Source of the DNA: Thermotogota bacterium
Lineage (GTDB): Bacteria > Thermotogota > Thermotogae > MWEM01
Reading direction: 5' to 3'
Assembly: GCA_035447925.1 (NCBI GenBank)
Contig: DAOTHY010000003.1
Span: 1,474 to 65,473 of the forward strand
Length of the DNA stretch: 64,000 nucleotides
A program made the translations under genes and the position numbers. Positions 10,231 through 20,032 of this stretch are shown in pieces (the stretch's first letter is position 1; every line of letters starts with the position of its first letter). The notes beneath the pieces are model-generated. The model made no database searches. It saw only the letters and a program-made list of their open reading frames with translations, and was not told where the DNA came from.

Positions 10231-10683
10231 TTAGTTTTTTGCGTCCCCTTCTTGTACATAAAGCTTGACACCCTGTAATCGTTTAATGACTACTTCTTTT
10301 CCTTTTTCAATTACAACGCCGCTTATTGAACATGCCCGCCATTCTTGTCCGTCGATTTTGACGATTCCCTTGGAATTATCCGACAGGATGGTTTCAGTAA
10401 CCAAACCGATTTTTCCAATGATTTCATCCTGGGTTATTTTTCGACTGGGTTCACCGGAAAACTTATTTGTTAATTTTTTGGTGAATAAGACCAGTAAAAA
10501 AGAACAAATCGCAAAAATCAACAGCTGTATCGTCACCGAGCTTACCCACAACCATGAAAACAGTGCTGTGATTAGGGCACTCACGCCGAACCACATGATG
10601 AAAAAGGTGGCGGTAAACATCTCGGCTATCAGCAGGACAAATCCCAAAATCATCCAAACAATTTCCCAACTCATTTTTATCAC
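10231..10683 (-). CDS. NfeD-family membrane protein (stomatin partner)
   Basis: N-terminal TM helices plus a C-terminal OB-fold beta domain. Immediately upstream of the SPFH gene. Confidence 0.75.
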   Translation of the reverse strand: MIKMSWEIVWMILGFVLLIAEMFTATFFIMWFGVSALITALFSWLWVSSVTIQLLIFAICSFLLVLFTKKLTNKFSGEPSRKITQDEIIGKIGLVTETILSDNSKGIVKIDGQEWRACSISGVVIEKGKEVVIKRLQGVKLYVQEGDAKN

Positions 10684-10719
10684 CTCTTCATGAATAAGAC
10701 AAAAAAAGAAGACAGATTA

Positions 10720-11463
10720 TTACCCTGCTTGTCTTTTTTTCCCTTTCAACACGTAACGAATAAAAGCCATGATTTGAAAGATCACCTTGAATTTTCGGAC
10801 AGGGTGTTGCAGAATTCGATAAATCCACTCAAGATTAGCTCTTTGAACCCATTTTGGGGCTCGCTTGGCTGTTTGAGCATAAATATCCAATGAGCCTCCT
10901 ACACCGATCGCAATGGTGCAGCCGGTGTGTTTAAAAAAACGCTCAATCCATTTTTCCTGTTTGGGAGCTCCTAGACCAACAAATAAAACGTCTGCCTCAG
11001 ATTCTTTGATCTGGTTGCATATGTTCGGACTGTCTTTTTCAAAATCAAAGTATCCGTTCCGATAACCGGCTGTTTCAATCCCTGTTTTTTCTTGGAGCGT
11101 GTCAGCTGCTTTTTCAGCTACCCCCTCAACGCCACCAAGTATAAACGCTTTTTTGGATATCGAAGCACCAATTTGGCACAATCGATACATGATTTCTACA
11201 CCGGGGTATCTTTCAATGCTGATTTTATTCAACCTGTTCAGTGCCCACGAAAGTCCTGTCCCGTCGGGTATGACAACAGAATCTATGATGGCCTTGGCTG
11301 CAGATTCATCATTGAGATAATAATAGGCGATCTGTGCGTTCATCGTTGTGATCTTTATTTTTCTATTGTTTTCCAGACAATCTCTTAAAAAAAGGTCAAT
11401 ATCCTCTCTTTTTGAACAGATAACTTCCAGTCCAAAAAAATCGGTAATCTGTAGTCTTCTCAT
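10720..11463 (-). CDS. WecB/TagA/CpsF-family glycosyltransferase (N-acetylmannosaminyltransferase-like)
   Basis: Family signature around LFVGLGAPKQEKWI. 247 aa. Confidence 0.8.
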   Translation of the reverse strand: MRRLQITDFFGLEVICSKREDIDLFLRDCLENNRKIKITTMNAQIAYYYLNDESAAKAIIDSVVIPDGTGLSWALNRLNKISIERYPGVEIMYRLCQIGASISKKAFILGGVEGVAEKAADTLQEKTGIETAGYRNGYFDFEKDSPNICNQIKESEADVLFVGLGAPKQEKWIERFFKHTGCTIAIGVGGSLDIYAQTAKRAPKWVQRANLEWIYRILQHPVRKFKVIFQIMAFIRYVLKGKKRQAG

Positions 11464-11557
11464 AAGTCTATTCTAACAGATTCGAGGCTAAAAAAGTGAT
11501 ATAATCTGAACAATCAGAAAAATAATCACACAAAAAAAGAAAATGAAAGGAGAACAG

Positions 11558-12430
11558 ATGAAAAACATCGTTCCGAGAATAGCAGCAATACATGATATAT
11601 CAGGGTTCGGAAGAGCATCCTTGACAGTAATCATTCCAATAATGTCCAATATGGGTTTTCAAGTTTGTCCGATTCCTACGGCGGTTTTGTCAACACATAC
11701 GGGTGGGTTTGAAGGGTTTAAATTTGTAGATTTGACCGAACATCTTCAGGGGTATATTCAGCATTGGAAGACCCTTGATTTACAGTTCGATGCCATCTAT
11801 TCAGGATTTCTAGGCTCTGAAGCACAACTGGATATTGTCAGGGGATTTTTCAAGGATTTCAGGCATGCAGATCAATTAAAGGTGGTAGATCCTGTGTTGG
11901 GCGATGATGGGAAACGCTACCAAACCGTTACCGATCAAATGGTGAGCGGTATGAAAGAACTCATTAAAGAAGCGGATTTGATCACACCGAATATTACCGA
12001 AGCCGCTTTTTTATTGGACAGGCAAGTACCGGATACCATTACCGATGATCAGATCAAAGATTGGGCTGCATCCCTGACTCGGATGGGTCCCACTTATGCG
12101 GTTATCACCAGTGTTCCCGATTTTTCCAAGCACAAATGTACAGCTACGGTGGCTTATAATTCCAAAGATAACCGATATTGGAAAGTAACCTGTGATTATA
12201 TTCCGGCCTTTTACCCTGGAACGGGGGACATGTTTACCAGTGTTTTGGTTGGGAGTCTCATGCAGTCGGACAGTCTTCCCATTGCACTGGACAGGGCGCA
12301 GCGTTTTGTTTCATTGGCCATAAGAGCAACATTTGGTTTTGAAATACCACATCGGGAAGGCGTCCTTTTAGAACGCGTCCTGGATAGCCTCAAATCACCG
12401 GTTACATCCACCAGTTATGAATTGATATGA
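11558..12430 (+). CDS. pdxK: pyridoxal/pyridoxamine kinase
   Basis: PdxK/PdxY N-terminal pattern (IAAIHDISGFGRASLTV..., PTAVLSTHTGGF) and C-terminal GTGDMF anion hole. Start moved to ATG 11558 behind AAAGGAGA. Confidence 0.8.
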   Translation: MKNIVPRIAAIHDISGFGRASLTVIIPIMSNMGFQVCPIPTAVLSTHTGGFEGFKFVDLTEHLQGYIQHWKTLDLQFDAIYSGFLGSEAQLDIVRGFFKDFRHADQLKVVDPVLGDDGKRYQTVTDQMVSGMKELIKEADLITPNITEAAFLLDRQVPDTITDDQIKDWAASLTRMGPTYAVITSVPDFSKHKCTATVAYNSKDNRYWKVTCDYIPAFYPGTGDMFTSVLVGSLMQSDSLPIALDRAQRFVSLAIRATFGFEIPHREGVLLERVLDSLKSPVTSTSYELI

Positions 12431-12486
12431 CAGAGTAGCCATTGATTACCCTTAATTATCGTTTACTTCAGCAAAAAACCTTTTAG

Positions 12487-13692
12487 TTAATCATCCGGTT
12501 TGATAATGGTTACTTCTTCTCTGAGATATTTTTGAGGGGTTTTGATGTCTTTTAATCCGTTACCGGTGATGATCAATGCGATGGTATCGCATGGGCTGAA
12601 GTGGTTTGAATTGGCCAATTTTTTGAAGCCAGCAAAAGAGGCGGCAGCCGCAGGCTCTCCAAAAACACCGGTCTTTCTTGCCAATTCCATGATGGCTTCT
12701 CCGATTTGCTGATCAGTCACACTGATAAAGCCGCCGTTGTATTTTTGGGCGTATTGACAAGCCTTCAAGTAATCTCTGGGTTTGCCTACGCCAATAGAGT
12801 CAGCATCAGTGTTTGGGTTTTCGACATCATCTATGATAAATGGTTCACCTTTCCGGAAGGTTTTTAGGATAGGATCACACCCACTAGCCTGCACACCGAT
12901 TACTTTGGGAATCTTCTCGATGATTCCCAGTTCTTTTAAATCACTGAACCCTTTCAAAAAACTGCTGTAAACCGTTCCATCCCCCACACTGACGAATATC
13001 CAGTCCGGAAGTTGAAGCCTCGTTTGATGGGCTATCTCCAAGGCGCAAGTTTTTTTCCCCTCCAGAAGATAGGGATTAACTGCTGAATTTCTGCAATACC
13101 AATCATTCTTTTCCCCTATTTTCAAAGAAAGGTCAAATGCCTGATCGTATGTGCCTTGAACGGCGAAAACTTGAGCGCCGTAGATAAGCATTTGAGCAAT
13201 CTTTGCTTCAGGGGCACTTTTGGGGATGAAGATGTGAGCATGAACAGAAGATCCGGCACTGATTCCGGATAGGGAACTGGCGGCATTGCCGGTTGATGCG
13301 GCATAAATATCCGAGTATCCTAATTCTATGGCTTTAGCAACTGCAATGATACTTGCCCGGTCTTTAAAGGAGGCAGTGGGATTTTTCCCATCGTCTTTGA
13401 TGAGGACTTCTTTGACCTTGTACTCCTTAGCCAGGTTTGCTGAACTATAAAGCGGCGTATCACCAACTATAACATTTTTAGGAAGCAATGTTTCATCGAT
13501 CGGCAACAGATCGCCAAATTTGGCAATTCCCTTTTTCTCCTCCTTGATCCACTGCGTTTCTTTGGAAAAATGATACACGACTTCCAGCGTTCCCTTTCGG
13601 TTGCCACATTGAGGGCAGGTGTACTGAATATCATCCGGCTCATATACTCTTGAACAGTTGATACACCTTAACGTATAACGGGTCCGACTCAT
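12487..13692 (-). CDS. threonine-synthase-like PLP enzyme with N-terminal C4 zinc ribbon
   Basis: CINC...CPQC zinc ribbon followed by ThrC-family PLP lysine motif (TASFKDRAS) and the glycine-rich loop. ATGA overlap with the upstream PreA-like gene. Confidence 0.65.
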   Translation of the reverse strand: MSRTRYTLRCINCSRVYEPDDIQYTCPQCGNRKGTLEVVYHFSKETQWIKEEKKGIAKFGDLLPIDETLLPKNVIVGDTPLYSSANLAKEYKVKEVLIKDDGKNPTASFKDRASIIAVAKAIELGYSDIYAASTGNAASSLSGISAGSSVHAHIFIPKSAPEAKIAQMLIYGAQVFAVQGTYDQAFDLSLKIGEKNDWYCRNSAVNPYLLEGKKTCALEIAHQTRLQLPDWIFVSVGDGTVYSSFLKGFSDLKELGIIEKIPKVIGVQASGCDPILKTFRKGEPFIIDDVENPNTDADSIGVGKPRDYLKACQYAQKYNGGFISVTDQQIGEAIMELARKTGVFGEPAAAASFAGFKKLANSNHFSPCDTIALIITGNGLKDIKTPQKYLREEVTIIKPDD

Positions 13693-14780
13693 AGAACTCC
13701 CTGAATGGCGTTAACCGGGCATCTACTCTCGCAAAGTCCACATTGAAAACAATTTGATTGGTCTAATACCACTTTTTTGTTATCGAACGATAAAGCATCG
13801 TAAGGACAACTGCGTACGCAAATTCCACAGTGCGTACAGATTTCATGATTGACAGCAGGGTAGCCTGTTTCAAAACGAATTTCGGTATTTTTGTCTTTCG
13901 ATTGACCTCTAAGAGAAATCAAATCTTGGTAGCCGTATTGTTCCATCTTTTTAGGTAGATCTTCAATGATTTTTGAATAAAGGTCTTTGCCGTAAAGCAT
14001 TGCGGCTGAGAGCATCTGAACGGCACTTGCACCGGCACAAATGAATTCTAAAACATCTTCTGCATTTTTTATTCCACCCACGCCAATTACTGGGATATCC
14101 ACCGAGTCCGTAATCAGTTTGATTCTTGAAAGGGCAATGGGTTTTATGACAGGGCCTGAAATCCAGCCTAAACCGCCTTTACTCCCCAGAGGTGATTGTC
14201 CCCTTTTGAGGTTTAATGGATAAGTGGGCCCTACTGAATTGATAGCGACTATTCCATAACCGCCATTGTCTTTGACCATCTGAGCGAAGGCTGCAGGGTC
14301 TGTGATATGAGGGCTGAGTTTGATAAAAACCGGTTTTTGAGTTGCCTCACTGGCCGCTTTTACCGTTTTGGCAATGGGTGAAAGATCCGTCCCGACATAA
14401 TGGGTGGAAAGTTCAAAGGCCGTTGCAAAAGGCTCCACCCGTTTTATCAGTGAGACGATTTCATCTTGCCGATACCCTAAACTGATGATCAGTGGTTGTT
14501 GGAGCGTTTCGTTAATCTGTGGCAGAAATTCAACTACCCATTTTTCGGGCGGGTATTCAGACCACAATTCGGCGTTGATGAGATAATCTTTGCCGCCGAT
14601 GATGCAGGGGTGGGGAACCGGTGCCGCCTTTGAAGAGATGGTTTTACTCACCAGAGCACCCAACCCTTGAGATGCCAGCGAAAGAATCTTTCGGGCATCT
14701 GAAACCAGAGGGCCTGAAGCCGGCATTAATGGGTTTTCTAATTCAATTTTATCGCCTATCTTGACTGATAGATTCATCAA
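13689..14780 (-). CDS. dihydroorotate-dehydrogenase-family flavoenzyme fused to 2x[4Fe-4S] ferredoxin (PreA/dihydropyrimidine dehydrogenase-like)
   Basis: Class-1 DHOD TIM-barrel motifs (NSVGPTYP, GVGGI) plus two C-terminal CxxCxxCxxxCP clusters. Confidence 0.7.
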   Translation of the reverse strand: MMNLSVKIGDKIELENPLMPASGPLVSDARKILSLASQGLGALVSKTISSKAAPVPHPCIIGGKDYLINAELWSEYPPEKWVVEFLPQINETLQQPLIISLGYRQDEIVSLIKRVEPFATAFELSTHYVGTDLSPIAKTVKAASEATQKPVFIKLSPHITDPAAFAQMVKDNGGYGIVAINSVGPTYPLNLKRGQSPLGSKGGLGWISGPVIKPIALSRIKLITDSVDIPVIGVGGIKNAEDVLEFICAGASAVQMLSAAMLYGKDLYSKIIEDLPKKMEQYGYQDLISLRGQSKDKNTEIRFETGYPAVNHEICTHCGICVRSCPYDALSFDNKKVVLDQSNCFQCGLCESRCPVNAIQGVL

Positions 14781-14802
14781 ACCATCTCCTTATCATTTAT
14801 TT

Positions 14803-15849
14803 CTATCCGTATCGTTTGCTAAAGAGTTCAAATAGTTTTTTGTTTTCCCTGACAACATCCAAAGCGTATGCGGCATGGTTTTTAGCGTAGCCGTTTCCGA
14901 TGATCATATTGACATCTTTTCCTACACCTTCTGCCCCTAGAGCCGCTTTGGTGAAACTGGAAGCCATGGAGAAAAAGTAGACGTTGCCATGTTCCTTTGT
15001 TGAAAGCACACAAGACATCTCGGTGTTGGCCGCATTGACGACGTTGATGGTTACGTCGCATAATTCCCCGTCGGTGGCATCATGGACCATACGATAGACC
15101 CCGACGGTATCGGTTGCGTCAGTTTGGAGAATTGTATCGCAGAATCCCAACTCTTCCAATTCTTCTCTGCGGTCGTTGTGATGGATCAAGCCGATGACCT
15201 TTCCCACATTTCCTGTCATCTTTTTTGCCACATACGCACATAATACCCCTGATTTTCCGGCTGCACCTAAAATCATGACTGTGTCGGAGGGTTTCACCAA
15301 TCTGGCTGTTTGAATGGGAGCACCCGCCACGTCAAGGATGGATAATGCCAGAGGTCTGGACATGTCACTTGGGAGTTTAACCACGACACCACTTTCAAAA
15401 ACAATGGCCTTGCCCTCCACTTCGACCTGTTCCCTGTCCAAATGGACTTTTCTAATCCTTTCTATCTTAAGTGGGGTTAAGGAAAGGGATACAAGAGTTG
15501 CCACATGGTCGCCAACCTTAACCTGATGCTTTTGAGACATCTCTTTTGAGATTTCAGCAACGGTTCCGACCAACATACCTCCGGAACCAGTTACGGGGTT
15601 GTGCATTTTCCCCCTCTCAGAAATGATTTCCATGATCCTTGCCGATACTTTCGATTCATCGGCTCCGACTTCTTCCTTGATTTGCCTGAATGATGCGGAA
15701 TCAATGTTTAAGTGTGTTACGTCAATCATGATTTCGTTGTCGTAGGCGGTATTCATTGCATTATTGACCTTCCATGCCGGTTGCGGCAATACCCCCTCCG
15801 GTTCCAATACCCGATGTGTTCCAAATGGACATCCTTTCATGTAGACCAT
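14803..15849 (-). CDS. L-erythro-3,5-diaminohexanoate dehydrogenase-like (Kdd family) NAD(P) oxidoreductase
   Basis: ~348 aa with a mid-protein Rossmann GAAGKSG. The N-terminal region (GCPFGTHRVLEPEGVLPQP...DVTHLNIDSASF) resembles Kdd of lysine fermenters as I recall the family. Assignment is from memory, not a search. Confidence 0.5.
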   Translation of the reverse strand: MVYMKGCPFGTHRVLEPEGVLPQPAWKVNNAMNTAYDNEIMIDVTHLNIDSASFRQIKEEVGADESKVSARIMEIISERGKMHNPVTGSGGMLVGTVAEISKEMSQKHQVKVGDHVATLVSLSLTPLKIERIRKVHLDREQVEVEGKAIVFESGVVVKLPSDMSRPLALSILDVAGAPIQTARLVKPSDTVMILGAAGKSGVLCAYVAKKMTGNVGKVIGLIHHNDRREELEELGFCDTILQTDATDTVGVYRMVHDATDGELCDVTINVVNAANTEMSCVLSTKEHGNVYFFSMASSFTKAALGAEGVGKDVNMIIGNGYAKNHAAYALDVVRENKKLFELFSKRYG

Positions 15850-15860
15850 CCTCCCCTTTA

Positions 15861-16868
15861 TTAAAAGAATACCTTGATTGTGTAATGACTGCTTTCTTCT
15901 TCGAAGTCATTTCTCAGCCAATTTTCCCATAAGGTTAACTGCTTTTCTCGTTTCAGCAGCTCTTTGATGTCTTGATAGAGTTGTTCTTGGCCTTGTTCCC
16001 CACCGGAGAATGCAACGACTTTTAAGATATGATAGCCTAATTCGGTTTTGACAGGCCCGACAACATCGCCTGGATATTTTTCAAAGACGATGTCAAATTC
16101 CTTGAAAACACCCCTTTCAATCCAACCCAAATCCCCTTTGTTGAATTTTGTCAGTTCGTCTTTGGAATGCTCCAGTACAGCTGCTTCAAAACCCAACTGA
16201 CTGATGGTGTTAAAAACGGTGTTTAAATCCGAATCATCGTTGAGCAGAATATGATACAGATGAACGGAATTGCTCTCCTGAGTATTTAATGGATTTTTCT
16301 GCAGGTATTGAGTGATTTCCTCATCGGAAACGTGAACATCATCAAAGAGAATGTCGATGAGTCCGTAATTGGCGATTGCTAACTTTCTCTGCAGTTCCAG
16401 ATGACTTTTATAGTCATCCAGGGTTTCATATCCTTGTGTGATGATGTATTGTTCAAAATCTTCCATCGTCAAGTTGTTTGAGCCCAGCAACTCACTTAAA
16501 AAGGTATCGATATAGCCTTGAACATCGGTTTGCAGGATCTGAACCCCTTTATCCTTTGCAATCTGAATGATGAGGTAGGCATCAATCAGGGTGGAAAGCA
16601 CCCTCTTTTTGTATTCAAGCAACAAATCGTATCCTGCTTCCGTGGATAAAAGCGTTTCGTAAAATCCTTCATTGGACTCTTTTATCCTGAGCAGAGTGAA
16701 AGGCAGGTTGGATTCCCTGTCCAGCACCCTGGCTTCAATCGGTACACCCGCTATGCTGGCGACAACATATGTCGGATCAAGGTTTAGAATATCGATGGAC
16801 TCCTGGGAAAACATCATCATGGGAAGAAAGACCATGATCAGCATTTGGAGAATTGTTTTTATTTTCAT
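15861..16868 (-). CDS. secreted PpiC-type peptidyl-prolyl isomerase (SurA/PrsA-like chaperone)
   Basis: Signal peptide, SurA-like N-terminal helical domain and parvulin domain with GYHILKV. Confidence 0.75.
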   Translation of the reverse strand: MKIKTILQMLIMVFLPMMMFSQESIDILNLDPTYVVASIAGVPIEARVLDRESNLPFTLLRIKESNEGFYETLLSTEAGYDLLLEYKKRVLSTLIDAYLIIQIAKDKGVQILQTDVQGYIDTFLSELLGSNNLTMEDFEQYIITQGYETLDDYKSHLELQRKLAIANYGLIDILFDDVHVSDEEITQYLQKNPLNTQESNSVHLYHILLNDDSDLNTVFNTISQLGFEAAVLEHSKDELTKFNKGDLGWIERGVFKEFDIVFEKYPGDVVGPVKTELGYHILKVVAFSGGEQGQEQLYQDIKELLKREKQLTLWENWLRNDFEEESSHYTIKVFF

Positions 16869-16895
16869 TTTTGGCTCCTTTCACATCTTTTTCGG

Positions 16896-19800
16896 TTATT
16901 CGGTGATGATAATGGGGCGGTTTTTTTTCGCCTCGTTGATCTTTTCTTGAATCGCATCGTAATTTGCTTCGTCCCATCTTTCTTTGGTAAACTGGTTGTA
17001 TTTCCAATCTTCCAGCCAGTTTTCTTCGAAGTCGCCTTGCTCTTGAGCATATCGGTAGACACTGGTTACCTGATCCAGGAAGGTAGCCCGTTTTTCCATT
17101 AGGCTTTCTACTGTCGAGATGAAATTGCGATAGCGATTTTTTTCTGATTCAGTGAGATAAACGTTATTGGCTAAATCGTCAATGCCCCACTGATATGCCG
17201 CTGAGAGCATTTTTAGTCCGTCATCCAGGACATAAAGGGTCTCCTGGTACAATTTATTCTCAAGAAAAGCCTGGGCAATCTGAGAGTAAACGGATGCGAT
17301 ATCATCGGGAACGCCCGTTCTTTGAACGTTGTGCATCTGCTCGGATGCCCATACCCTCATCTGGGCTATTTCCTTGACCTTGGGATATACTTCGGTGACG
17401 GTTCCCGATTTCAACACCAGGTCGATATATTCGGAGTAAATATCTTCCCAATCCGGGAACATTTGCCAGTTTCCAGGCAGGATGTGTATCGCCCGTTCAT
17501 ACCATTGTCCCATCATTTCAAGTGCTTGCGAAGCCTGCTGCGAATGAAGGGTCACCAGCGGCATGAGGATGTCCTTTAAGTCGGGATTTTGATTGATGCG
17601 TTCGACATAATTGGCGGCCAGATTTTTCAACATTACTGCCAAGTTGTAATTGAATTTGGCCATAATCCGGTAGGAATTCTTTTCGTTGAAACATAAGAAA
17701 GAGGTTTCAAAATAATCAATTCCGGTTTGATACATCTGTATATCGTACCAAAGAGAGATATTGACAAAGTTGAGTAAGTCGTTTACAGAATTGAATTTGA
17801 CTTTATTCATCAACTGCTGAACCGCCTGGATATCCTCTTGCAGAGGGAAGTCAAGGTACTGCTTTTGGATGTGGCGCATGCTGTTGTCACTTTGGGTAAA
17901 ATGTTTGGTAATGATCGCCATCTTATCGCTGCTGGCGTTGAGTTCGTCGTATAAGGCCTGCTTTCTTTCAGGCCTTACCATCATCAGGGAGATGTAAAAC
18001 ATACTTTTTCCATAACATCCCAAGCTGTCCAGACTGGTCAGGAAATCGGACAAAGCCCTGTTGTATCGTTTTGTTCTTTCGGAAACCAAGTAGTTCAGAT
18101 TATCGTTAATTTGCATGACATAGTTATTCAGTTTGTTTTCTTCGGTTTTAATGTCCTCGTTTAGTTTATTTAATAGGGTGACTTGCAGTTCCTGTTCGTT
18201 GAATTGGCCGATACTGTTGCCCATTTCAGCCATTTTCTGCTTGATATAGGTATCTTTTTCAAAAGCAGCATATTGTCCTTCTCGATTTTCTAGTTGTTCA
18301 AATAGTTGATTGACTTGTGTTTTCTGATTTTTCAACTGGGTTTCTTGACTCTCGATTTGTCCAAAGCTTGAATAATAGCCGTTTCCTTCCTTGAATTTCG
18401 CCTCTGCTATCACACTGTTGAATTTCAGCCATCCGGAAGTGATACCCACAATCAGGACAAGGGCAATCAACGCCGGCATACGCCAGCCTTTAAAAGACAA
18501 ATGAAAACCCAGCCGTTTTTTAACGTTGAAATAGCGACCGAACCCCAATCCGGTCATCGCCAACGCCCATAATTGATTTGGTAACAGGTGAAGGGGAAAT
18601 TCAGTGAAACTGTGGCCGAGTATTTCGGTAAAGGCTACTGCCAATAAGATCAACAGAATGGCGTCGTCGGGATTTTTTTGGTCGCCTAATATGAGAAAGA
18701 ACATGATGATCAGCAAAACAAGTGTAACAGCCATCGAGAGGAATCCAAACAGCCCCATTTCTCCAAGGACTTGGAAATAATCGTTGTGTGTTCGTTTGAA
18801 ATTGGACCAGGAGTCGATGTATTCAGGTTCATCCTGAACGGCGTCACCCATATAATCCACTGCTGTGAGCATATACGTTCCGATACCGTTCCCGATGAGC
18901 GGGTAATCCTTAAACTGGTAGATGGAAGCCTTCCAAGCCAGCACCCTCGCCTTACCTCCGGTGGTTTGAAATCCCCTGTCATCGAATATGGAAGAAGTTC
19001 TTGCGGCAACGTTTGTGCCCGGAGCCAGTGGGTTATTGGGGTTGGACAACAGGATGGGTAATAGGAGTGCGATAAAGATGATGGCGATTAAGAAGACGAA
19101 ATTGGTCTTTTTCAGGATACCTGCCATCTTTTTAGAATACCCTTCTATTTTTGTGTAATTATCGATGACCTCCTTTTTTCTGCGTATCCATTTGTAGTAA
19201 AAAATCCCGATGATAAAGACGATCACGCCTACCATTAATGAAAGGATAACGGATCGAGTCCCGATTACCAGGACCAAGAAATAGAAAATGGCAAAGTTGA
19301 TCAGTCCCAGCACCTTGATGATCATGATGGGTGTAAAAAATTCAACTCCGGGTTTTTCCTTTCTGGGAGTCCAACCGAAATCATAACTGAGGACGAAGTA
19401 AACGGTAATCGGAAGCAGAGAAGCCAAAAAGTCAGAAACAAAGTTTGGGTTGCCGATGGTGGCTTTGATGGACATTTTTCCGCCACTTCCATAAGACCCA
19501 AGGAAAAAAGACTGACCGGTATAGAAATTTAAAAGCGCTTCAATAGAAACCATCGTTCCGGAGATCATGACGAAAAAGAGAAAATAAGTAATCGCCCGCT
19601 TGTTATCGAGAAAATTCGAAAAGTACAGAACCATGAAAAAGGTCAAAAAAGCGTAAATTCCTATTTCAAATGAAAAAGGAAAATAAAGCGGATTTTCTCT
19701 TAATACCGTAAATGTGGATACCACTGCGGCGATTCCAAACAAAAACCATCCGACGTGGGCCCATGATAGATACAACGTGGTCTCCTTCTTATAAAACTTT

Positions 19801-20003
19801 CTGAGCAAGAACACAGTCATGGAGATCGTAAAGAAAATGATCAGAAAGAAATACTTGGACGTTGAAAATTCGTACGTTAACTTGGGATGGGCAAACATGG
19901 CGATAAAAATAAACGTGAAATATAGAAACACGGATTCCACCGTGGTGAAAAAAGAGCCTGTTTTTATCCCGATTGTCTTGTCATTTTTGCCTCTGCTGCT
20001 CAC
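16896..20003 (-). CDS. O-antigen ligase (Wzy_C) domain membrane protein with ~550 aa C-terminal soluble helical/coiled-coil extension
   Basis: N-terminal half is polytopic with the RfaL/Wzy_C signature (HNDYFQVLGEMGLFG). C-terminal half is hydrophilic and helix-rich. Confidence 0.7.
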   Translation of the reverse strand: MSSRGKNDKTIGIKTGSFFTTVESVFLYFTFIFIAMFAHPKLTYEFSTSKYFFLIIFFTISMTVFLLRKFYKKETTLYLSWAHVGWFLFGIAAVVSTFTVLRENPLYFPFSFEIGIYAFLTFFMVLYFSNFLDNKRAITYFLFFVMISGTMVSIEALLNFYTGQSFFLGSYGSGGKMSIKATIGNPNFVSDFLASLLPITVYFVLSYDFGWTPRKEKPGVEFFTPIMIIKVLGLINFAIFYFLVLVIGTRSVILSLMVGVIVFIIGIFYYKWIRRKKEVIDNYTKIEGYSKKMAGILKKTNFVFLIAIIFIALLLPILLSNPNNPLAPGTNVAARTSSIFDDRGFQTTGGKARVLAWKASIYQFKDYPLIGNGIGTYMLTAVDYMGDAVQDEPEYIDSWSNFKRTHNDYFQVLGEMGLFGFLSMAVTLVLLIIMFFLILGDQKNPDDAILLILLAVAFTEILGHSFTEFPLHLLPNQLWALAMTGLGFGRYFNVKKRLGFHLSFKGWRMPALIALVLIVGITSGWLKFNSVIAEAKFKEGNGYYSSFGQIESQETQLKNQKTQVNQLFEQLENREGQYAAFEKDTYIKQKMAEMGNSIGQFNEQELQVTLLNKLNEDIKTEENKLNNYVMQINDNLNYLVSERTKRYNRALSDFLTSLDSLGCYGKSMFYISLMMVRPERKQALYDELNASSDKMAIITKHFTQSDNSMRHIQKQYLDFPLQEDIQAVQQLMNKVKFNSVNDLLNFVNISLWYDIQMYQTGIDYFETSFLCFNEKNSYRIMAKFNYNLAVMLKNLAANYVERINQNPDLKDILMPLVTLHSQQASQALEMMGQWYERAIHILPGNWQMFPDWEDIYSEYIDLVLKSGTVTEVYPKVKEIAQMRVWASEQMHNVQRTGVPDDIASVYSQIAQAFLENKLYQETLYVLDDGLKMLSAAYQWGIDDLANNVYLTESEKNRYRNFISTVESLMEKRATFLDQVTSVYRYAQEQGDFEENWLEDWKYNQFTKERWDEANYDAIQEKINEAKKNRPIIITE

Positions 20004-20032
20004 TGAAACACCTCCGAAGATTGTCTGTTAAC

